This document shows, piece after piece, positions 50,613 to 59,877 of a DNA stretch of 64,000 bases. How positions within the stretch are numbered: position 1 is the stretch's first letter; each line of letters opens with the position of its first letter. The stretch is from an uncultured Haloferula sp. (GTDB lineage Bacteria; Verrucomicrobiota; Verrucomicrobiia; Verrucomicrobiales; Akkermansiaceae), in the NCBI GenBank assembly GCA_965652295.1, contig CBFGTS010000012.1:60706-124705 (forward strand), given 5' to 3'. The notes under the pieces are model-generated. The model made no database searches and was not told the origin of the DNA. It saw only the letters and a program-made list of their open reading frames with translations. The position numbers and the translations under genes were made by a program.

Positions 50613-50931
50613 CCGCGTCCGCACCCGAGCAGGGCGACAAGCCAAGGAAATCCAACCGCAAGATGAACGCGGTTCACCGCATCCCTTTCCCTGCACGCTT
50701 GATTCCCTGCCTGATCGCCCCCGCCCAAACCAAACCTTGCATTTCTCCCGATCCGCGGCATCTTCCGCCCGTCGCCATGCTCTGGCGCTACCGGACCCGG
50801 CCGGTTGTTTTCCGGAAAACTCCCGCCGCCGATTTCTTGAAACTCCCGCGGCGGGTTCATCGACCCGACAGCCTCCGGCGATTCCGTACTTGCGGCCCGC
50901 GGCTCCCACGGTCTCCTATCCCATAGCACTC

Positions 50932-53328
50932 ATGTCTCGTACCCTACTCCGCGACCGCATTCTTCAACTCCTGCAGTCGCCCGGCGCCCGCCCGATGAGC
51001 AAGTCGGAGCTTTCCCGCGCCCTCGATCTCCCCACCAGCGCCCGCCCGTCACTCCGCAAGGAACTCGCCGCGCTCGAAGCCGAAGGCAAGATCGCCCCCG
51101 CCAAAAAAGGCCGCTACGAAGCCGCCTCCGCCAAGCCCGACCAACTCCGCGGCTCGATCAAGTTCACCCCGAAGGGCCACGCGTGGTTTTTCCCTGATGC
51201 CGGAGACCCCGACAACCTCGCCACCGATCACGACCTCGAGGAACTCTCCCGCATCCACGTCCCGCGCCGCGACACCGGCACCGCTCTCGATGGCGACCGT
51301 GTCCTGGTCACCGTTTCCCGCCCGCGCCCCGGTGCGCGCGACTACCGCAACCAGCGTCAGAAGTCGGATCCCGATGCCGAGCCCGAGTGCCACGCCCGCG
51401 TCGACAAGGTGCTCAGCCGCCGCTCCGGAAAGCTCGTCGGCGTCTTCCGCCGCAAGGGCAAGCTTTCGTGGATCGAGTGCGACGATCCCGCCATCGGCGG
51501 AAACGTCGAGCTGATCGGCGACACCACCGCCCGCCCCGGCCAGATGGTCGTCGGCCGCGTGGAACAATGGCAGCACGACACGCCCCACGCCCGCATCATC
51601 GAGGTCCTCGGATGGCCCGGCGACAGCGGCGTCGACATCCTCGCCATCATTCACAAGAACGGCATCCGCACGTCCTTCCCCGATGAAGTCCTCGCCGAGG
51701 CACGCGCTTTCGGCGAGCAGGTGGACGCGGCGGAAATCCGCAATCGTGAGGATTGGCGGGACCGCCTCGTCATCACCATCGACCCCGCCGATGCCAAGGA
51801 CCACGATGACGCGATCTGGGTGGAAAAGACCGACAACGGCTGGCGGCTCGCCGTCCACATCGCCGACGTCTCCCACTACGTGAAGCCTCGTACTTCGCTC
51901 GACAAGGAAGCCTCCGAACGCGGCAACTCAACGTATCTCGTCGATCGCGTGCTCCCGATGCTGCCCGTCGAACTCTCCAACGGTCTCTGCTCTCTCAAGC
52001 CCGACGTCGATCGCTTCACCAAATGCGCCGTGATGGACATCAACCGCCAGGGCAAGGTGATCGGTTCCCGTTTCTGCAATGCCGTCATCCACTCCCAGGC
52101 GAAGCTTTCCTACGAACAGGCCCAGACCATCCTCGACGGCGGACGCGCGCCGAAGGGCTCGATCAAAGGCCTCGAAGAGATGGTTCGCGAAGCCTGGGCC
52201 ATGGCTTCGAAAATGCGCGCCCGTCGGTTCGCCGTCGGCGCGCTCGATCTCGAGATGCCGGAGATCCGCGTCCGGCTCGATGATGAGGGCCAGGCGACCA
52301 AGATCGAGAACGTCATCCACACCGAGAGCCACCAGCTCGTCGAGGAATGCATGCTCGCCGCCAACGAATCCGTCGCCCGCATCCTCAAGATCCGCAACAA
52401 ACCGACCATCTACCGCGTCCACGAGGAGCCAGACTCCGGCCGCCTCCTCGACTACGGCGAGACCGCGAAAGCCTACGGTTACAACTTCGGCGACCTCACC
52501 AACAAGGACCACATCCAGAAGCTGCTGGATGCCGCCAAAGGCCAGCCCGACGAGCACGCCATCAAGATCGGCCTGCTCAAATCCCTCAAGCGCGCCGCCT
52601 ACTCCCCCGAGCCACTCGGCCACTACGGTTTGTCAAAGGGGGACTACTGCCACTTCACCTCGCCCATCCGCCGCTACGCCGACCTCATCGTCCACCGCTC
52701 GCTCCAGCCCTTTCTCGACAACCCGCCGAAGCAGCCGGACAAAACCCTGCGGCAAACCGAGCTGCTCGAAGTCGCCCGCCATATCTCCGATACCGAACGC
52801 GCCTCGGCCGACGCCGAAAACGAGTCGAAAAACATCAAGTTGCTCGAATACCTCGAACATACCATGTCGCTCGACAAGCCGGTGCAGTTCGACGGCCTGA
52901 TCACTGAAGTCCGCCCCATGGGCCTGATGGTCGAAGCCACCGACATCTCCACCCGAGGAGTCGTCAAACGCGAGGACCTCGGCCAGGGATGGCGCATCGA
53001 ACCGCGATACGACCGCGTCGAGCACCGCGACGGACGCCGCCTGCTCATGGGCCAGCGGGTGAAACTGGAAGTCGCCCGCATCGACCACGAACGCAAGTTC
53101 GTCGACTTCCGCCTCATCGATGACGGGAAGTCCGGCTCCGCCGCCCCGCGGGACTCGGACCAGCGGAAACCCCGCCGCCCGTCAAAATCCGGCCGTTCGA
53201 GGAACAGCTCCTCCCGCCCACCCGCTCAGGACGGCAAGTCCGGAAAAACCGGCGGCCCACCCAAATCAGACAAGCCTCGGAGCTCCAAGCGACCCAAGAA
53301 GATCGCCCACAAACGCCGGCGGAAATAG
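50932..53328 (+). CDS. rnr: Ribonuclease R
   Basis: N-terminal HTH, cold-shock domains, ITIDPADAKDHDDA, HFTSPIRRYADL, S1 domain and a basic tail. Confidence 0.95.
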   Translation: MSRTLLRDRILQLLQSPGARPMSKSELSRALDLPTSARPSLRKELAALEAEGKIAPAKKGRYEAASAKPDQLRGSIKFTPKGHAWFFPDAGDPDNLATDHDLEELSRIHVPRRDTGTALDGDRVLVTVSRPRPGARDYRNQRQKSDPDAEPECHARVDKVLSRRSGKLVGVFRRKGKLSWIECDDPAIGGNVELIGDTTARPGQMVVGRVEQWQHDTPHARIIEVLGWPGDSGVDILAIIHKNGIRTSFPDEVLAEARAFGEQVDAAEIRNREDWRDRLVITIDPADAKDHDDAIWVEKTDNGWRLAVHIADVSHYVKPRTSLDKEASERGNSTYLVDRVLPMLPVELSNGLCSLKPDVDRFTKCAVMDINRQGKVIGSRFCNAVIHSQAKLSYEQAQTILDGGRAPKGSIKGLEEMVREAWAMASKMRARRFAVGALDLEMPEIRVRLDDEGQATKIENVIHTESHQLVEECMLAANESVARILKIRNKPTIYRVHEEPDSGRLLDYGETAKAYGYNFGDLTNKDHIQKLLDAAKGQPDEHAIKIGLLKSLKRAAYSPEPLGHYGLSKGDYCHFTSPIRRYADLIVHRSLQPFLDNPPKQPDKTLRQTELLEVARHISDTERASADAENESKNIKLLEYLEHTMSLDKPVQFDGLITEVRPMGLMVEATDISTRGVVKREDLGQGWRIEPRYDRVEHRDGRRLLMGQRVKLEVARIDHERKFVDFRLIDDGKSGSAAPRDSDQRKPRRPSKSGRSRNSSSRPPAQDGKSGKTGGPPKSDKPRSSKRPKKIAHKRRRK

Positions 53329-53341
53329 CTCGCTTCCTTGA

Positions 53342-53362
53342 TGGAGACAGAGCTTCAGCTCG
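53342..53362 (+). repeat. REP-like element related to the 38920 doublet
   Basis: TGGAGACAGAGCTTCAGCTCG shares the GAGCTTCAGCTCG core. Confidence 0.55.
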
Positions 53363-53449
53363 TCCGTTTCTCCCGGCGGGCTGACCCATCCCGTCAGCAG
53401 CGACTCCCCATTCGACAATCCCTCTCATCCTTCTAACCTCCCCACCCAC

Positions 53450-54247
53450 ATGACCTTCAAACTCATCCCCGGCGCCCTCGCCCTCACCCTCGGTGCCATC
53501 CTTCCTCTTGCTGCCCAAGAACAGACCGCGGAAGCTCCCGCTGACGCCCCGGCTGCGGATCCTGCCACCGTCAAGCCCGACTCCTCCTACGCTCTCGGCT
53601 ACCGCACCGGCGGCGAGTTCGGCCAGCGTTACGGAAACTTCGGCATCACGCCGGAGGACCTCCAGACCGACAAGTTCGTGGAAGGCTTCCTCGCCGGATT
53701 CAAGGGTGAGAACCCCGCCATTTCGGAAGAAAAACTCGGCGCTGCCATGCAGGCGCTCGGAGACCTGCTCCAAGGCCGCGAAAAGGAACTCGCCACCAAG
53801 AACCTCGAAGCCGGAAAAGCCTTCCTCGCCGAAAACGCCAAGAAGGAAGGCATCAAGACCACCGACAGCGGCCTGCAATACGAAGTTCTTGAGCCTGGCG
53901 GCGAGGAAACCTACCAAACCCCGAAGGAAGGCGAGCCTGAGAAACAGTTCATGGTGAGCTACCGCGGCACACTCATCGACGGCACCGAGTTCGATGCCTC
54001 CCCGGAAGGCGAAACCGTGCCGATGACCCTCCAGGTGATCGATGGCTTCAAGGAAGCCCTCCAGATGATGCCCATCGGGGCCAAGTGGCGGCTTTTCATC
54101 CCCAGCGAGCTCGCCTACGGCGAACAACGCCGCAGCGCCGAAATCGGGCCGAACTCGGTCCTCATCTTCGAACTTCAGCTTGAAAAAATCGAGGACGCGC
54201 CGATCCAGGAAGGGGGCATGCCGTTCCCGATGCCTGAACAAGAATAA
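53450..54247 (+). CDS. FKBP-type peptidyl-prolyl isomerase (FkpA/Mip-like), exported
   Basis: Signal peptide, SYALG, TDSGLQYEVL, YRGTLIDGTEFD, IPSELAYG and IGPNSVLIFE. Confidence 0.95.
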   Translation: MTFKLIPGALALTLGAILPLAAQEQTAEAPADAPAADPATVKPDSSYALGYRTGGEFGQRYGNFGITPEDLQTDKFVEGFLAGFKGENPAISEEKLGAAMQALGDLLQGREKELATKNLEAGKAFLAENAKKEGIKTTDSGLQYEVLEPGGEETYQTPKEGEPEKQFMVSYRGTLIDGTEFDASPEGETVPMTLQVIDGFKEALQMMPIGAKWRLFIPSELAYGEQRRSAEIGPNSVLIFELQLEKIEDAPIQEGGMPFPMPEQE

Positions 54248-54266
54248 GCCTCACTCCACCGCCGCC

Positions 54267-54950
54267 ATGAAACTCACCTACTACGGTCACGCGAGTTTCG
54301 CCGTCGAACTGGCCGACGGCACCAAGCTCCTTTTCGATCCCTTCATCTCGCCGAACGACGCCGCCTCGAACATCGATGTCGATGCCATCGCGGCCGACTT
54401 CGTCCTGATCACCCACGGTCACGCCGACCACCTCGCGGATGCCGAGAGCATCCTCAAACGCACCGGCGCGACCTTGATCAGCAACTTCGAGGTCTGCGGC
54501 TGGTTCGGCGGCAAAGGGATCGAGAAATCCCATGGAATGAACCATGGTGGCGGGTTCGATTTCCCCTTCGGCCGGGTCAAATACGTCAACGCCATCCATT
54601 CCTCCAGCATGCCGGATGGGTCCTACGGTGGAAATCCGGGCGGCTTCGTCATCGAGACCGAGGAAGGCAGCTTTTACGTCTCCGGCGACACCGCGCTGCA
54701 CTACGACATGAAGCTCATCGGCGAGCGCCATCGTCTCGATTTCGCCGCCCTGTGCATCGGCGACAACTTCACGATGGGCCCGGAAGACGCCGCGATCGCC
54801 GCCGAATGGGTCGGCGCCAATACCGTCGTCGGCACCCACTACGACACCTTCCCGCCGATCAAGATCGACAAGGAGCTGGCCAAAGGAGCTTTCGCCGAAC
54901 GCGGCGTCGAACTCCTCCTCCCCGCCATCGGCGAAACGGTCGAACTCTGA
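54267..54950 (+). CDS. Metallo-beta-lactamase-fold metal-dependent hydrolase (UPF0173-like)
   Basis: MKLTYYGHASF, THGHADH, AIHSSS, SGDT and HYDTFP. Confidence 0.92.
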   Translation: MKLTYYGHASFAVELADGTKLLFDPFISPNDAASNIDVDAIAADFVLITHGHADHLADAESILKRTGATLISNFEVCGWFGGKGIEKSHGMNHGGGFDFPFGRVKYVNAIHSSSMPDGSYGGNPGGFVIETEEGSFYVSGDTALHYDMKLIGERHRLDFAALCIGDNFTMGPEDAAIAAEWVGANTVVGTHYDTFPPIKIDKELAKGAFAERGVELLLPAIGETVEL

Positions 54951-54983
54951 ATTCCGGAGTATCGGCATTTCTGCCGCTGCACT

Positions 54984-55547
54984 TCAGAGCAGCGGTTTCA
55001 CCTCTTCCTCCGTTCCCTTCCAGCGATCGAAAAGCGCGGGCTTCTGCTGCACTTGCAACGAGTCGTCCGCCTTCAAGCGGATGTTCTTGTGAAGGAGGTT
55101 TTCGAAATCCAGGCAGTACTGTTTCCCGTCCCGGATCAGCATGATGTTGCGGCTCGCGAATTCGTTTCTTCCTCCCGCCGCATCGATCGCTTGCAGCATC
55201 GTCATCCCCTGCCGGAACGGCACCTGCGAATTCCTCCGCACCTGCCCGCCCACGGAGAGCACCGCCCCCTCCGCCTCGATCGATTTGTTCGCCACCACTT
55301 CAATCGCCGCCTCCCGGTAGGCCGCTTCAGCCGCCCGCGCGAAGGACACCGGACTCATTCCCGCCGCCTGTCGCGGGTGCTCCAACAGAGGCAGCCGGAT
55401 CATCCCCTCTTCATCGACCGTGTATTGTCCGTCGATTTCCTGCTCCGCCGCCTTCACGCCCCTCATCTTCAAGGTGATGACATCCCCCGGCACGAGTTCC
55501 GAAGCGAATGAGATTCCTGACATTGCGACACAAAGTAACCATTTCAT
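54984..55547 (-). CDS. Stand-alone polysaccharide export (Poly_export plus SLBB) family protein
   Basis: LVPGDVI, YTVDEEGMIRLPLL, AAGMS, VGGQVR and AIDAAGG. N-terminal signal peptide. Confidence 0.75.
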   Translation of the reverse strand: MKWLLCVAMSGISFASELVPGDVITLKMRGVKAAEQEIDGQYTVDEEGMIRLPLLEHPRQAAGMSPVSFARAAEAAYREAAIEVVANKSIEAEGAVLSVGGQVRRNSQVPFRQGMTMLQAIDAAGGRNEFASRNIMLIRDGKQYCLDFENLLHKNIRLKADDSLQVQQKPALFDRWKGTEEEVKPLL

Positions 55548-55654
55548 ACGGACCGAGGCTCTATCGGAGCTTTCGCTTTGTGTCAAAAAGTAATGATTCC
55601 ATTCCGTCGCACCCCGGCATTGCCCTTTCAAATTTTCCGGGAGATGCTCCTTCC

Positions 55655-56638
55655 GTGATCCGACAAGGAAACGAGCGCGCCCCGCGCTGGATCGTCCGTC
55701 TCGCCGCCTGCTGTCTCGCGGTGCTGAGCCTCTCGTGCGCTCCCGACTACCGCCTGGTCTCCGCCGGACCTGAGCAAGCCGTTCGCGACGAAACCTTCTC
55801 CTACCGCAAGTGGCAGCGTCACGGGGTCGAGCCCGATGTCGTGATCGTTGCCCTCCACGGTTTTTCCGGGGCCTCGATCGATTACGAAAATCTCGCCAAG
55901 CACCTCATGCGGCACCAGCCGAAGAGTGCCGTCTACGCCTACGAAGTCCGCGGCCAGGGCCGGGACCCGAAAAAGGAGCGCCGCGGCGATATCGACGACC
56001 CCGCCAATTGGTCCAACGACCTCCTCACCTTCACCCGCCTCGTCCAGCGCCGGCACCCCGAGGCCCGGATCGTTTGGTTCGGCGAAAGCATGGGCGGCCT
56101 GATCCTCTCCAAAACCTATCGCGATCTCGTGACACAAGGCACCGATCCGCCCTGCGACGCCCTCGCGCTCTCCTCGCCGGTGGTGAAGCTGCGTGATGAT
56201 TTCCCGGCGTGGAAGCGCGACCTCGTCCGTCATCTTGCCAAGCTCGCTCCCGGTGCCCGCATTTCCCTCGATGCGCTTTCCGGCGGGCAGGATGTCCAGA
56301 TGACCGAGGACAGCTTCCATTCCGAGCAGAGCGAAACGAACGCGTGGAACCTTGAAACCAACACCCTCCGCCTGCTTGCCGCACTGGGGGACATGATCGA
56401 GGACATGCCCGAAAACGCCGCCTGCTTCAGCGAGCCCACTCTGGTACTCCACGGAGGAAAGGACTTCTTCACCACCAAGGCCGACGTGAAGACCTTCGTC
56501 GGTCACCTCCCTCACTCCACCCCGCTGACCGAGTGCTACTACCCTGAGGCTCATCACCTCCTCATGTACGACACCGGCAAGGAAGAGGTCATCGCGGACA
56601 TCGCCGACTGGCTCGATACCCTCCGCCAGCGTTCCTGA
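55655..56638 (+). CDS. Alpha/beta hydrolase (lysophospholipase-like), probable lipoprotein
   Basis: ALHGF, RGQG, GESMGG nucleophile, HGGKD and catalytic His region. LSLSC lipobox-like sequence. GTG start inferred. Confidence 0.88.
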   Translation: MIRQGNERAPRWIVRLAACCLAVLSLSCAPDYRLVSAGPEQAVRDETFSYRKWQRHGVEPDVVIVALHGFSGASIDYENLAKHLMRHQPKSAVYAYEVRGQGRDPKKERRGDIDDPANWSNDLLTFTRLVQRRHPEARIVWFGESMGGLILSKTYRDLVTQGTDPPCDALALSSPVVKLRDDFPAWKRDLVRHLAKLAPGARISLDALSGGQDVQMTEDSFHSEQSETNAWNLETNTLRLLAALGDMIEDMPENAACFSEPTLVLHGGKDFFTTKADVKTFVGHLPHSTPLTECYYPEAHHLLMYDTGKEEVIADIADWLDTLRQRS

Positions 56639-57822
56639 TGCCCGCCCCGCGCATCGCCGTCGTCGGCGGCGGCCCGGCCGGCCTTTTCGCTGCGGAAACC
56701 GCCGCCCGCGCCGGCGCCTCGGTCGCCGTCTACGATGCCAGCCGCAGCGTCGCACGGAAGCTCCTCGTCGCCGGATACGGCGGCCTCAATCTCACCCACG
56801 GCGAGCCCCTCGAGGATTTCATCGGCCGCTACCGGGGACCTGACCTCCCTCCTTGGTTTGCGGATATGATCCGCATCTTCCCGCCCACCGCTTTGCGCGA
56901 TTGGGCCGCCGACCTCGGCATCGAGACCTTCGAGCAACGGACCGGCCGCGTGTATCCGAAGCTCCTGAAAGCCGCCCCCCTCGTCCGCGCCTGGCTCACC
57001 CGGCTGCGCGATGAGCTCGGCGTGAAGATCCTCCCCAAGCAGCGTCTCACCGCCCTCCAGGCCACTCCTCCCGCCGTCTCCTTCGACCACGACGAGCCTC
57101 GCACTTTTGACGCCGTCATCCTCGCTCTAGGCGGAGCATCCTGGCCCCGCACCGGGTCCGATGCCGGCTGGATTTCCCTCCTCGAATCGCACGGGATCCG
57201 CGTCGCCCCATTCCAGCCCGCCAATTGCGGCTGGGAGGCCGATTGGCCCGCCGATCTCATTCCCGCTCTCGAAGGTCGACCGCTCAAAAACATCGCCGCC
57301 ACCGCCGGTGGTCGCACCGTCCGTGGCGAACTCATGCTCACCCGCTACGGCATCGAAGGCGGAGTCATCTATCAGCTCGGCCCTGAACTCCGGGCGATGG
57401 AGAAGCCGAAGATCGTTATCGATCTCAAGCCCGAAACCTCCGTCGACACGCTGGTTCGCAAGATGGAAAGCGTCCGGCGCGATTTCCTTTCGGCCGCCGC
57501 CACGCGTTGGAAGCTCCCCCCGCAATCCTGCGAACTCCTCGGACGCCATGGCCCCTATGAGTCCGCCGCAAGCCTGGCCGGAGTCGTCAAAGCGCTGCCC
57601 GTTTCCCTCACCGGCCCACGACCGATCGCCGAGGCCATTTCGTCCGCCGGCGGCGTCGCGTGGAGAGAGCTCAATGACCAACTCATGCTCGTGAAGCTGC
57701 CCGGCGTTTTCCTCGCCGGGGAAATGATCGACTGGGAAGCGCCAACCGGCGGCTATCTCATCCAGGCCTGCTTCGCCACCGGCCGCCGGGCCGCCGAAGG
57801 CGCCCTCGGTTTCAGCGTTTAG
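56638..57822 (+). CDS. HI0933/BaiN-like flavoprotein (TIGR03862-like)
   Basis: VVGGGPAG, KLLVAGYGGLNLTH, ALGGASWP, AISSAGGV and GEMIDWEAPTGGYL. Confidence 0.9.
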   Translation: MPAPRIAVVGGGPAGLFAAETAARAGASVAVYDASRSVARKLLVAGYGGLNLTHGEPLEDFIGRYRGPDLPPWFADMIRIFPPTALRDWAADLGIETFEQRTGRVYPKLLKAAPLVRAWLTRLRDELGVKILPKQRLTALQATPPAVSFDHDEPRTFDAVILALGGASWPRTGSDAGWISLLESHGIRVAPFQPANCGWEADWPADLIPALEGRPLKNIAATAGGRTVRGELMLTRYGIEGGVIYQLGPELRAMEKPKIVIDLKPETSVDTLVRKMESVRRDFLSAAATRWKLPPQSCELLGRHGPYESAASLAGVVKALPVSLTGPRPIAEAISSAGGVAWRELNDQLMLVKLPGVFLAGEMIDWEAPTGGYLIQACFATGRRAAEGALGFSV

Positions 57823-57835
57823 GAGGAGCGAACGC

Positions 57836-58420
57836 CTATCGATCGTCGACGATCACCCTCGCGTCCTCCACCACCAGCTCCGTCCCCCTTCCCAGCCGGA
57901 GATTACCTTGGAACCTCACCTTGTCGCCCCGCGAGCGTTTCAGCATCGCGCCGCGACTCGATGGATCGAGCAACACCCGGACGTTCAAAGTCATGCTCTC
58001 CCGCGCGTCGTCCGGTGCCTCCTCATTCGATGCGAGCAGGTAATCGAAAAACATCCCCGCCTCCAGCGTCCCCCCGGTCTCGCTCACGTCGATGAGCCGC
58101 ATCGTCCAATCGACGAACGCGCCGTCCGCCGCCTCCTCGAATGCGTTTGTTGCCAAGGTCGTCAGCGTCCGATCGTGGGAAAACTCCAGATACTCGCGGA
58201 TCGACAACGGCGGTGGATCGCCCTCTGGAAAATCCCCCGAGGCATCGCCCACGATCACCATCGGCCCCTCCTCGATTTCCTCCATCTTGACCGCCTTCGC
58301 CTCGCCCCCCTTCTCCGCCAGCCGCACCAATCCATAGATGATGCCCGCGATCATGAACACCACCGCCGCCACCGTCACGGCAGCGACCACCCAGCATCCG
58401 ACCGGCCTCTTCACTTTCAT
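57836..58420 (-). CDS. Membrane-anchored hypothetical protein, possible OB-fold
   Basis: One N-terminal TM helix. VDWTMRLIDV...RGDKVRFQG...VEDA resembles tRNA_anti-like OB folds. Confidence 0.6.
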   Translation of the reverse strand: MKVKRPVGCWVVAAVTVAAVVFMIAGIIYGLVRLAEKGGEAKAVKMEEIEEGPMVIVGDASGDFPEGDPPPLSIREYLEFSHDRTLTTLATNAFEEAADGAFVDWTMRLIDVSETGGTLEAGMFFDYLLASNEEAPDDARESMTLNVRVLLDPSSRGAMLKRSRGDKVRFQGNLRLGRGTELVVEDARVIVDDR

Positions 58421-58564
58421 GCACCCCCAGCCTGCCACGCATCGCCCCCACCGCCATTCCAAAACCACATCCCACACCACGCTCCGCGGGGCCCCGGCTC
58501 GGCCCGTCGCATTCGTTTCCCGAAATGATCCCTCCTTGGCCCGCCCCTCCATCCGCCTTACCAC

Positions 58565-58590
58565 CCCATATCGCATATTTGAGATATGGG
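58565..58590. promoter_or_regulatory. AT-rich 26-bp palindrome, candidate operator
   Basis: CCCATATCGCATATTTGAGATATGGG, located between divergent genes. Confidence 0.45.
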
Positions 58591-58698
58591 AATTCTTCGT
58601 TCTTCAGTTTGAAAACTCCGGTGCGATATCCGGTTGTCGATTCCGCTTGCTCTCACTTCACACTCGGCACCTCGGGCCCGACCCTCCACGCTCCGGCC

Positions 58699-59853
58699 GT
58701 GCCCACCGTCTCGATCAAGACCTTTTCCTACCACCCGTCCATCTGGCCGAAGATGATCGGCGAAGCTTCGTCCGACGCCAGAGCCGGCGATCTCGTCCAG
58801 GTCCTCGACAAGGACGACCAACCCTTCGGGTGGGGCTTCTTCAATCCCCGCTCAAACATGCCCCTGCGCATCGTCAAACACGGCGCGGACCCCATCGACG
58901 AGGATTTCTTCCTCCAAGCCATCCAGCGTGCCGCGAACCTGCGCCGCGGGCTCTTCAATCTGGATGAGCAGACCGACGCCTACCGCTGCATCCACGGCGA
59001 TGCGGACCAGCTCCCCGGTCTCGTCGCCGACCGCTTTGGCGACATCCTGTCCGTCGAAATCACCACCCTCGCCGCTTGGCGCCGTCTCGAAAGCTGGATT
59101 CCCGCCTTGCATGAAGCCTTCGGCACCAGCACCGCCCATATCCGGATCGATCCTCATCTCGCCCAGATCGAGCGCATCCCCGGCCACGATCACCCGCTTT
59201 CCGCCACTGGGCTGCGCCGGGTGAAGATCCGCGAACACGGCGTCACCTTCGAGGTCGACTTCGCCGAAGGTCACAAGACCGGCTTTTTCTGTGATCAGCG
59301 CGACAACCGCGTCAAGCTCGCCGCCCTCGCTGGCGGGCGGACCATGCTCGATCTCTGCTGCTACACCGGCGGTTTCGCCGTCCACGCCGCGCTCGCAGGA
59401 GCCGAGGAGATCACCGCCGTGGACCTCGATGAGAAAGCGGTGGCGATGGCCAAGCGAAACGCCAACATCAACCAAGCGCGGGTCAAGTTCACCCACGCCG
59501 ACGCCTTCACCTGGGCTCGCACGATGGTGGAGAACGGTCGCCAATGGGACATCGTGCTGGCTGACCCTCCGAAATTCGTCACCGGTCGCGACGATGAACG
59601 AGGCCGTGGAAAATACAACGACCTCAACCGCCTCGCCGCCCAGCTCGTGAAACCCGGCGGCATCCTCGTCACCTGCTCCTGCTCCGGGATGGTCAACGAG
59701 TTCGAGTTTGAAAAGCTCGTCACGACCGCCGTCCACAAGGAACAAAAGCGCCTCCAGATCTTCGATCGCACCGGCGCGGGCCCGGACCATCCGACGCTCT
59801 CGAATTATCCAGAATCCCGATATTTGAAGCTGATCTGGGGACGGATGATCTGA
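58699..59853 (+). CDS. RlmI/YccW-like SAM-dependent rRNA methyltransferase
   Basis: N-terminal PUA-like domain, GHKTGFFCDQRDNR, LDLCCYTGGF, ADPPKF and TCSCS. GTG start inferred. Confidence 0.9.
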   Translation: MPTVSIKTFSYHPSIWPKMIGEASSDARAGDLVQVLDKDDQPFGWGFFNPRSNMPLRIVKHGADPIDEDFFLQAIQRAANLRRGLFNLDEQTDAYRCIHGDADQLPGLVADRFGDILSVEITTLAAWRRLESWIPALHEAFGTSTAHIRIDPHLAQIERIPGHDHPLSATGLRRVKIREHGVTFEVDFAEGHKTGFFCDQRDNRVKLAALAGGRTMLDLCCYTGGFAVHAALAGAEEITAVDLDEKAVAMAKRNANINQARVKFTHADAFTWARTMVENGRQWDIVLADPPKFVTGRDDERGRGKYNDLNRLAAQLVKPGGILVTCSCSGMVNEFEFEKLVTTAVHKEQKRLQIFDRTGAGPDHPTLSNYPESRYLKLIWGRMI

Positions 59854-59877
59854 CCTGAAGGCGAGTTCCCCAGGTTC

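Noticed and set aside
36939..50931. Long N-terminal extensions in the ORF track (pyrG 645 aa, SMP-30 702 aa, rnr 965 aa) suggesting fusions or frameshifts
   Set aside because: The extensions are stop-free frames overlapping upstream genes or intergenic DNA. Homology begins at the downstream start codons listed in the features.
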